Assembly: GCA_973895155.1 (NCBI GenBank)
Contig: OZ316892.1
Coordinates: forward strand, 8,043,251 to 8,107,250
DNA: 64,000 nucleotides
Reading direction: 5' to 3'
Source of the DNA: Marsupella aquatica
Taxonomy: Eukaryota > Plantae > Marchantiophyta
The notes below the pieces were generated by a model. That model had not been told where the DNA came from. It saw only the letters and a list, made by a program, of their open reading frames with translations, and ran no database searches. The position numbers were made by a program, and so were the translations under genes. Below, piece after piece: positions 50,826 to 64,000 of the stretch. Within the stretch, counting starts at the first letter, position 1; every line of letters starts with the position of its first letter.

Positions 50826-51214
50826 TTGTTGTTATAAGTTTATGTTTTAGTTATAAGTTTATCTCTTGAGTAGCTCAGTTTCCTAGCTGCCTGTTACACA
50901 AAGTTTTCAAGAGGAGATCTTACCCAAGTAATCTTATTAATTAAGCGCAATGCAAAGCTACTTTTGAGGGCTATTATGTAGAGTGAAACCTCTAGACCGC
51001 TATTATGCAGAGTGAAGTGTCTAGACAGTAGCTCTCAATAAGGACAAAACGGAAAAGTTAAGTGAACAAAAAACAGAGATGAGCAAAAATGAACCAGAAA
51101 AAGTACTATATAATTTTTATTGTTGTGGTCTCTATTTATGTTTAATGACTTAAGGGGCAATAATCAAATAAGGGGTGGGGGTGAAAAATTTGAATGGGGG
51201 TGGAATAGTGCCGG

Positions 51215-51292
51215 GAGTACTGCACCGCATTTGAAATAAGTGTGCATTTGAAGTACTGCACCGCATTTGAAATAAGTGTGCATTTGAAATAA
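51215..51292. repeat. Perfect about 36 bp tandem duplication
   Basis: agtactgcaccgcatttgaaataagtgtgcatttga occurs twice. Confidence 0.85.
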
Positions 51293-52337
51293 GGGCCGCC
51301 TGTGAAGAGAGTAGGTGGAGTAGGGGCCGCATGTGAAGAGATCAGTTGTGTCATTGAAAGTCTAGGGCTATGGTGAAACGGCCAGCACTTCTTCAATCCT
51401 TTGAAGAAGAAGCTTTGGTCAACTGCTGTCATTGAGGGTCGACGCTTTTTTACCCTCACATCTATTCATGTTCAAATAACAAGTAGTCAGGCTAGTCCAA
51501 TTCATTCCTCGAGATGTTCAGTTTCCTACTCTGTTTCCGAGCTGCTTAAACCCTCTTCCATGAAGTTTTCCAGACGAGATTGTACCCAAGTAACCCAATT
51601 CATCCCTCAACCCTTCCGGCAGCTGTCCATGGTCTTTCGCGCACTGACATCATGACGACTTTGATTGAGCAGGCGTATATCCTCGAGTACCAGAGCAACT
51701 CTGACTCTTAATGGTTCTCTCAATGACCAACTTGACACAACATTCACAGAAAGGACAATCATGAATTTAGTACGCTTGTACTTATTTATTACTCTGCTCA
51801 CAGAAAAGCAGGTTAGAATCTCCATGAACTTGGCTGTGAAACTATTTTGCGTTTCACAGCCAAGTTCCAGAGGAACGAGTGAATTCTATGCTGTACAGTG
51901 AATGAATCATGGTGCAACTCGAGGAGCACATAATTGGCAGATGCACCAGTGACAAGAATTTGTTTCTACCATTTAAATCTAGCTGTCTGACTATCGATTC
52001 TGCTGCGTTCATGCGCAGTCCCAAGTAAAATGTTTCTTTCCTGAAGTATCTCCTAGTCAACACAAAATGGGTGTTGACAACATTAACACACATTTCTCCT
52101 AAAGACTACCCGAAAAATTGCTCCAAAGTTCACAGCTCGTACAACTCTGAGAGCACTGTCAGTCAAAGTGCACAAAGCCTGTGGAAGTAGGCAAATGGTG
52201 CCAATAGCTCCCTAAAGAATGATTCTGACACAGCCTGTCTTTGACTGCTGAAGGGGGAAGGAACCAAAATTATGATGACTAAATTCTCCGACCACAATGA
52301 TGAGAGATAAGAATACAGAATAATCCAATGAGTCTGT

Positions 52338-55276
<2,939 letters not shown>

Positions 55277-56749
55277 CCTTCCTTCTGCCTGCGACTTTAA
55301 ACTAAGACTCCACTAAAGATAATGCAGACAGTCGTTTCCTACACTCCCCTTGCCTCCAGGCTAAAATGTCCGTGCTTCGGTCTTCAGGGGGCTCTCCTCC
55401 AACGACTGGGAGCTCCAATCTCTCTGTTCCTCTCGCGAAGAATCTGAATAAGGCTGTAATTTGAGCTATACTATGTGAGATCTCGCCTTTTGCAGTATCG
55501 GTTGCAGAGATCCATCTGTTTCTTTGCCCCTATGGTAAGCAAAAGGCCAACGTTGATGGATTCCAAGAAGCTATGCCGAGGAGGCGATCCCTCAGAACCT
55601 CGTCTCAGCCTGAAGATGGCCCCTCACTTCTCTCTCGCCCTCGCAATGACCTTACTTTTTATCAAGGCTTATGAGCGTCGTCCTCTTCGGCTTGATCTCC
55701 TTCGTGCAATGCCGTTCGTTGCCTTCTCCTTACCTCAATCCTGCTCTTTTGCGTTTCGCCTCTCGGATTCGATAACGATCTCCCAGATCTCTCGTTGCCG
55801 TTTCCAAGAGGGCTATTCCCTCACAATGCCGTTGTTCTTTTGTCAGGAAAGTGCATTTCCAAAATCAATGTCTTCCCTTTCTCCTCCTCCACTGTCTCGT
55901 CTTGTGGTTGGCGATTTTAGTCTTTGGACGATTTACCGTCGGCACTCAATCCGTCTGTCTTAACTGATTGATTGATCGATCTCCGCCAGACGCACTGATT
56001 GACAATTCTTCTTCCACTTGACTCCAGAGAACTATCACTTCTTGCCTCTCCCTCAAAAAGATCTCTCCCACGCCTCACCCGTCTCCGTCTATACCCTCCA
56101 CTTTTCAGCGTTTCCGCCGATACTTTGACTCTCGTATTTCAGAACCTCTGCATGTTCCAATCTCTATTCGTGGTTACTCTCTGATCATGCTTTCTCTTCA
56201 TGCCTCCGCGTGGTTAACGTTTCTATCTCTCTCGCTCTCTCGTGTCGCCTTTGTTGTCTCACATCTGGCAGGCACAATCAAGCGTGCAGCGCCAGAGTCA
56301 ACTTCCTTCTGTAATTCCAATCAAGTGATCCGTCGTCCGAAGTTCCAATTTGGCTTCCCTAATCTTCAAAAATCATAAAATCACAATGGAGGAAGAACGC
56401 ACAATCTGATCAGAACTCACCTTCAACCTCATTGATTGACGTATGAATGAATGCGTAACGTAACGTAGCCGGACAAAATAATATCTCGTTCAGAAGAGCG
56501 ATCGTTTTATCTACGCAACTAGGGAACCGTGGCGCGGTTCGTTAGTGATCTGCTGACTCGACTCGTCTGCTGTCTGTGCTTGCTTGCTGTGATCCGGTGA
56601 TTGCCATCAGGACGACGACGAGGCATGGCAGTTCATCAATTCGGCTTCGTGCGGCAGCAATCAAATTGATCAAATCTGTCCTCGCATGCGCAGCCAGCCA
56701 CGCGAATCGATGACTCTGCTCCGACTGGAGCGCTCCACTTCATTCCACC

Positions 56750-57060
56750 ACTCTGTCCTGTCCTGTCCTGTCCTGTCCTCTCTTCTCTCCTCTTCGTCCG
56801 TCTCCATTTGCCCTCTGACTTGCCTTGCCTTGCCTTTGCTTTGCTTTGCTTTGCTGCCAAGCGGAGGGCGTTTTGCCGGGCGGGACAGAGTTTTGCCGGG
56901 CGGGACAGAGTTTGGGCGGGACAGAGTTTTGGCGGTCCGCGTCCTCTCTATTCCTTTCTTTGCTTGTTCAGAAAGGGCTGCGCGGGGCAGGGGCGGAGCG
57001 GAGAGGGGCGGGACTGGACTTGACTACTGTGGGAGGGTAGGCGGAATTGCGGACGCGCTG
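56750..57060. promoter_or_regulatory. GC-rich and microsatellite-rich region upstream of UGE (putative promoter)
   Basis: (ctgtc)n, (ttgcc/ttgct)n, gggcgggacagagttt x3 and several GGGCGG boxes. Promoter function is inferred from position only. Confidence 0.35.
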
Positions 57061-60000
57061 ACGCAGACGCGCCTGGTCGTGTTTTCGGCGGTTTGAGGGT
57101 GATGCAAACACGATGGATACTGGTTGTTGTTGTGTAGAATAATGCAGGTCTAGTCTGGGTTACTAGCCTGGACCTTGTGACCACAAAGTTGCACCCACGA
57201 AAGTTTTTTGAGTTTTCTTGGAACATGGTTTACACTGTAACCCATGCCCAGACATGCATTTTATAATGTTCTTCTGTCCAAAAATGGATATTTCCGGGCA
57301 ACAGATTATGGGAATAGCACTGAAGGGCCTCCAAAAATGTTTATGAAACTAAATATGGTCGGTTACCGAAACGCCCATCTACTAATTACTGCAGTGTGGA
57401 TGGTGAGGGCAAAGCGACCATGAGGGTGGTTGGAGTTTGGAGAGCAAGTAAACAGGATGTGATTGGTTTGTCGCCCCATAGTGCATTATGTGCAACTTTG
57501 CTAATTGATTGCTAAGTTGTTTTGTTGTGTGTGTGTTTGGGAGAGTGACTTGTAATAACAGGTTACCTGGTATGGGTGACCCGTTCACCCAGGTACCACT
57601 TGTTGTGTCAAAGAAGGAAAGTATACCTTGAAGAATGAGGATTGAGGTCTCATTCTTCCAAGTCAAGCATTCCGGCACTAGTAAAATCTTGTCATGTGAG
57701 TATGGCTATGATGTGAGAGTGGAGCGATGTCGGTTGACATGCTAGCACATTGGGCAAGGGTTTGCTATGTGAATAGCCCTGGAGTTGCACATGGCTAGCG
57801 GGTGGATTTGACTCAACTTATAGTACATTGCAATGAGGTTCTGTTTTGCACAAGATTACATACTCTTGCATACATATTGTTATGTGTGTATTTGTGAGTG
57901 CTTTTGAGTCTGACTTGTCAACAGAGCATTGTGGAACCTCAATATTAGTATTGGGCCCTTTACTAGTGCACCTACCAAGCCTGGTCATTTGGCACAGGTG
58001 TCCTTTATTTCTTTATAATAGCGTAAGGGGAACCAAGCATGAAAACCAAATCCTACGCAAGTTTTGACTTTCAGGCCTGGAATTGACTTTTGTTTATTGA
58101 TAAGTAAAGCAAACCGCCCCCATGGCAAGCGAAAGTGTACACAATCACATCCCATTCAAGAATAGGGGGCTGTCCCTAAAACAGAACTTCCAGACAGGAG
58201 ACCAGAGAGACACCAAACATGAACAAGAGAAAGAAGACCTGGAGTCCCTAAGATTCTGAGTTGAGATCATCGTCAGACAAATCATACGCCATCAAACTTA
58301 AGGACAGATGGCCTCAACAAAAATATCACTGACAGTCACGTACCAGAGGAACTGACACAAAATGCAATATAGTTGATAGTGGTAATGAATAAAGTTGTGG
58401 TACAAGGAAGCTCAACCTGGAAAAGCAAGGAAGTTGTTTGAGGATGTTTGTTTGAGGACTCATTGTTTGGGTAGATGTGTTCCACAGGATATTGTGGCCT
58501 GAGTTGTGGGCTAGAACGCCAAGCTCCTCAGTGATCACTCTATATTTATTGTTGACAATGTCATGACTGGGCATGGCCATCAAAGCCTATCCTTGTCCCT
58601 GGCATGATCATCACTGAAGTCTTCAGGGTTCACCATGCATTTTGCCCAACTTAGGGCAATTTTGATCCAGATAGTGTTCTTGTAGGGTCAATTTGTGCAT
58701 TTTTGAAGCAAAGAACATTTATTAGAGGCACAAACGGATTCACCCAGTATTCAGGTTCAGTTCAGTTCAGCTCATTGTTCATTTAATTTTTCTTGAACCA
58801 TTGTTGAGGCAAAGCATTGAACAAAGCACTTCAGTCATAGCTCCACATTCAGTACAAAGAGTCTAGCAATGATTTATTAGATCTTGCCAGTTTATATTTC
58901 AATTCCAGAACACCCATTTCTATTACATCATTATAGGGTTCACTGACATTGAAATTAATTTACTTAATTTGGCGTGTATTTTGTGGACTTGATGTTGTTG
59001 ACTCATGTTTAGTATATGTTTATGCCACGATGCTAGTCTTCCACCAGAAAATCAAGGCCAAAGTGTGAAGGACTCAGGTTCAAGCTCTCCTCTCTCATTG
59101 GGTGGGTAGGTGGGTTAGGCCAACGCCCCTTATAAATCAGCTGTAGATGAACAATTTTTGGTTTGAAAAAGAGACCTCAAAGACTGAATTCCAAGTGCAT
59201 CTCTTGAATTTTCTTCCATCTGGGCTTCTTTTTGGAGAACGAAAGTGGAGAAATGATAGGTTTGATTGTCTCTTTCCTTTCAGGTGGATGCATGCTCATT
59301 ACGTGGTTTTGAAGATGCAATCGTAGGCGTGCTCATGCACTTCCAGCTTACACCGTTGGGCCAGAGTGCAAAGTGCAACCTAGCGTAGCCATAGTTAGCT
59401 GGACCGGCTAGGGCCTTCTGGCCTCCCAATTGTGAGTTCATAATTGGAAGGGTCGCTGGAAACCAACATCTCATAAATACTTTACGAAATGTTGGTGAAA
59501 ACACCAGAAGAATGATATCTGTTGACCTCCCACATTCTTCTATACACTGACACCTTCTTTTGCTAGAAGAATTTATGTTTCCAAGGGAACATAAACGTCA
59601 GCTACAGTAGTTTGTGAAGGTCCTTTTGGCGTATAAAAAGCCACAATCTAGAAACTATTTAAATTTAAATATTCTGGCAGAGAAATTTTATTCTCCTTAT
59701 ATCTGTAGTTTTTATTGGAGCATTTATTGTAGACAGTGCTATGTCTCAAAATTTGTTGGTACATTGGGTGGAGTCCTTTCCATTATTTTGGTGGCCTAAC
59801 CCCCCCTTACAAAAGTGAACTCAGTACCGCCGTCCAACCTCGAGTTGGACCTCCGTTGCCTGTTTGGAGGATTGCCCGAGTTGGTTTGAGTCAAACTATC
59901 AGTTCACTGCACAATCCCCCAAAAATGACATATTCTCCAAAAGGCAACTACTGCATTTGCTGTAGTTATCACAAACACAGTCGAATGATTTATTTTTTCC

Positions 60001-60784
60001 CCAAAAGAAAAGAGACCACTACTAAAAATGGTTAAAGAATGAGCAATAGAGTAAAAGCAAAGGAGGTCACAAACTGAAAAGACTATGCAAATAGAATCAT
60101 ATAGTGGAAGGAAAACAAACTGGTCAAGTCTCAACATGCCATTGCCTGTCCTTTGAAGTGGAAGCTTGATGGACACAAACCTTTTACCTGATGCCCAGGT
60201 GAACACGCAACACTTGATGGATGCAAATGAAATGTTTTTAATTTACATTCATAACACACTTTACACTTATATTCCAACGATGACACAAAAAAAATGCCTT
60301 TGACCCTCAATAGAAGGTTCTTAGTGAATTCAATTGTACTATGTGCATCCAACGACCTCCATATTCAACATTCGAACGAGTTGGGACTTACCAATTACCA
60401 TCATGCACACTGTAATGTAACCGTAGGATATTGGCAGGAGTCAAGATCTCCGTCGTCGGAAGGAACCGCCTCCGTTCGCGGTAAAGTGGACACATGACAG
60501 TACCCTGTACAGTAACAACAAAGGATCTAAGGGTACCTGTCAACTCCTATTAGTCTATTAGGTTCGTAGTGAGAATCTAACGGTTCCCGTACCGTAAAGT
60601 CAGGGATTTGACAGCCCGTCAGCCGAAACCAGACAGTACATTACGTACTGTAAAGCTTTGACCCTGTGACAAACGTATTCAATGTGGGGGCTAGATCTGG
60701 AAGGAGGTAGGCTAGAACTGGCCGTTGGGTGGAGTTTGGGGGCCGGTGAATTTAGAGGGGAAGGATATGAGTTTAGTGCCTGCC

Positions 60785-61400
60785 GGTAGTGGTCACCATA
60801 GTTAGGAACAATTTAGGAATCGAGGATGCTACCATGGTCGGTTGCTTGAGTACTTTGATCTACCACAGCCATAACTCTGACGTTTTATGTTTCTGTTCTT
60901 TCCTTTTTTGAATGGGGTGAATCTGTCCCCTGGTTCTGAATAAACCATCGTCCCAACTGGTTTGGTGGGAATGCGGTTGTGGTCACCATATTACGAACAA
61001 TCCAGGAATCCAGGATGCTATGATGGTCGACTGCTTGAGGGCTTGGATCTACGAGAGCCATCTGAACTTTTGTCTTTTTGGTTTTTCAATGAAATGATTG
61101 TGTCCCGTGGCTCCCACTGTGTAGTATCCTCCCAACTATTTGGTGGGAATGTGGGTGTCGTTTGTTTTGGTTTCCTTTTTGAATGCAATGATTTTGTCCA
61201 ATTTTGTCCCTTCGCTCTCAATGACCCTAGCAAAGTAGCAAATGATTTGGTATGAATGTGGGATGGTTGGTATCTCGTTGGCAAATTCTGGACGAGCCTT
61301 TCTCAGTTTCTCTCTCTCCCAATTTTAGCCGAATTATTTTGTCCCTTGCCTTTCAATGTAGCACCTTCCCAACTAGTTTGGTGGGAATGTAGGATGGTTG
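60785..61400. repeat. Degenerate direct repeats, about 190 bp period
   Basis: gtggtcaccata...ggatgcta..atggtcg..tgcttgag at about 60789 and 60979; tcccaact..tttg(g)tgggaatg at about 60951, 61131 and 61367. Confidence 0.65.
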
Positions 61401-62954
61401 GTAACCAATCTGGAGGAGCATTCATGGAAAGATCATTTATTGTTGTTCATTGGGTCTCGCCATTCAATTTTGTGGGTTAGAGTGTGCACCTCATCTCACA
61501 CATAAAATGAAGAAATGAGGGTGTGTCTTCACAATTCCAGAATGCTACCTAAGATAGTGGATCCATCCACAAAAGAGCAGAGTGCTCAACATGAGTCATC
61601 CCAACATCCATAGTCTAACAAGAACAATATTCATTGCGTCAAACAAGTTTTTTAGTACAAACTTCATTACTTGACCAGTTTTTGCACAAATTTGTTTCAA
61701 AGTGGAATTATTAGAGCCCAAAGAGGTATGACTGTGTGAGAGCTCACTTGAGTAGTGACTCATAAGTTTTGGGTTCCAATAATATGACTTACTGTTCCCT
61801 TTTTGTGGGGTTTCATAAATTTTACATTAATTAAAAAAAACTCTAAAGAGGGACTATTAGAACCCTTTGCACCCATAAGACCTTGCATAACACTAAACAC
61901 TAAGGAAAATTGGAGGTCACTGTCTTATCATCTAAAATGGAAATGGACAGGCAAGGCAACATCTGAGAGAGGGACCCAACGGATATTCTACTAATATGAC
62001 TTTCCAAGGACCTTTGACCTGAATTTGACAAGAAGGCTGTTCGAACCTACTTGATGGTCACATTACCAGGGCATGTTAACAAGCCAACAAGGGGTGTCAA
62101 AAAGTAGAGGTGGGGCTTACACCAACAACCCCCATTTCAAGAGAACACAATCAATGCAAACCTAGAGACCAACAACCAAAATTTTATACCACCAGCCCTT
62201 GAAAAGTGGTCTAAAATTTGGCCATACACAGAATGTACAGGTCACATACTCATCAGGATCCATCAAGTGCCATGTCCTGGTAATTGGAAGCGTCAAGAGA
62301 CATCTGATTTTGTACTAAAATAATATTATTTAATATTTCTGGAATGTAAGGAGTTTGCTTTTCCTTAAATAGTGGTTGTGAGCTGAAACAGCAACCCGAA
62401 TAACCAGAACTCTTCTACAGTCAAGAGGGATCAATCATGCTAAACGAACAGTTGGGATGAAATCGTGCCTCAAGCAATCTTGCGCTGAAATGGCAGCCAG
62501 AACTCTTCTATAGTCAAGAACTATTAGTCACACTCCTGGTCACACTAAACTAAGTAACACTCCATGACTAATTACAATGAAGGGCCAAACAAAGTACAAT
62601 GAAGGAATTTAAGCAAAGGAGGTCTAAAGGGGACAAACACCAAACTTATCAGAAGAAGGCTTTCAATGTAGCACTGGAACCCTGAATGTAGGCTTTCAAA
62701 CCCTGAAAACCTGGAAAGAGAAAAAGGAAAAGGACCCGTTTTTCTCCCCACATACTCTTATTACTTGCAAATTAATGAGACACTATGCCCTTAATCCTAT
62801 ACATTGCTTTTCCCCCTTTAAAGTGTTTTCTTGCATTTTGGGACCCTGTTTCCCTGTAGGAGCTTGTTTGTTTCATATATTTTGAATCTACATCCAAATG
62901 TTTACTCTGTTTGTCCTTTAGTACATATATACTAAAGGACTAAACTGCCAAAAA

Positions 62955-63490
62955 ACAAAAAGTGCCCAACCTGGAAACATGATCCTTGAGGCAAACAAAT
63001 GCAATCAAGGGAGAAAAATGAAAGGGCCTGAAAGAGAGGAAGACCAGGGCAGAAGCCCAAGGCAAGAAAAACCTAAACCCCTACTATTCGTAAGCAAAAA
63101 GTACCCAACCTGGAAACATGATCCTTGAGGGAAAAACCCAATCAAAACCCAATCAAGGGAGAAAAATGAAAGGGCCTAAAAGCGAGAACGACCAGTGCAG
63201 AAGCCCCAAGGCAAGAAAAACCTAAACCCCTACTATTGGTAAGCAAAAAGTGCCCAACCTGGAAACATGATCCGTGAGGCAAAAAACACAATCAAGGAAG
63301 CATAATGAAAGGGCCTAAAAGCAAGAGACCAGGGCAGGAGCCCAAGGCGAAAAAAATCCTAAACCCCTACTATTGGTAAGCAAAAAGTGCCCAACCTGGA
63401 ACCATGATCCGTGAGACAAAAAAAAACCCAAGCCAGAAAGACCAGGGCACAAGCCCAAGGCAAGAAAACCTTCAACCCCACTATTGGTCA
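62955..63490. repeat. About 140 bp tandem repeat x4
   Basis: aaagt(g/a)cccaacctggaa(a/c)catgatcc.tgag...gaccag.gca..agcccaaggc..aaaacct.aacccc.actatt at about 62960, 63098, 63247 and 63384. Confidence 0.9.
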
Positions 63491-64000
63491 GCTTAAGTGG
63501 CTGGTAAAGCTCAGAAGTAAACTACATGGGTAAGTCAAGCAAGGAATCCAATTAGATGCCCATCCTATTAGATGCCCGAAAACCAACTCTCTCCCTCTGT
63601 GAAGAGCAATCGACACGAGCTGTCTAAAAATAAAGGCCGACTGATGACTCTCGGTCTAGCCGACAAATAGCTGACTAGGAATGGCAAATTGAACCGGCAC
63701 AGATATATGGTGACTGGGCTTCCATCTGATTATCACGCCATGGAAGGCTTCCTGTAGTCGGTGGTCTTGTCTTGCGGATTTGATCAGTGACGACGCACTC
63801 GCCTATCGGTCAATTGCCCCGTGAAGCAGAATCTGAGGATATTTGCGAAATCCAATTTAATCCAGTCATCAGTTACGTGGTGGACAGGATATGCACAAAA
63901 CATGGTCTCGGTGAATTGGAGAATGAGCCATTTCCCCCGTTTCATCTCTTTCTGGGGACCAGGTAATGAGTGAGCCGTCGCCCTAGTCCGATCTTACAAG

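Noticed and set aside
55475-57226. Several 60-160 aa ORFs upstream of UGE
   Set aside because: Low-complexity leader, intron or promoter sequence with no domain similarity.

Overview
Eukaryotic plant nuclear DNA, probably from a non-seed land plant (inferred from gene content and intron style). From left to right: (1) a TE-rich block (1-12.5 kb) with a young, complete Ty1/copia LTR retrotransposon (1902-7884, minus strand, ATAAA TSD) inserted in a dead FCP1/NIF phosphatase-like ORF; (2) a multi-exon plant tRNA ligase gene, RNL (+, about 13.5-24.6 kb); (3) an intronless U2AF35 splicing factor CDS (-, 28881-29945) followed by a tandem array of 3' splice-site-like motifs; (4) a 10.8 kb nest of two different PIF/Harbinger DNA transposons (outer 30590-41348, inner 30659-35840), the inner one carrying a third, RPA70-like OB-fold gene; (5) a coatomer zeta gene (+) and a UDP-glucose 4-epimerase gene (-); (6) assorted tandem repeats. 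The strongest novelty candidates are the three-gene Harbinger with an RPA-like ssDNA-binding cargo, the 3' splice-site array downstream of U2AF35 (possible autoregulatory sensor), and an in-frame UGA plus stem-loop between copia gag and pol (possible readthrough signal). All protein identifications come from recognising motifs by eye; no database search was run.
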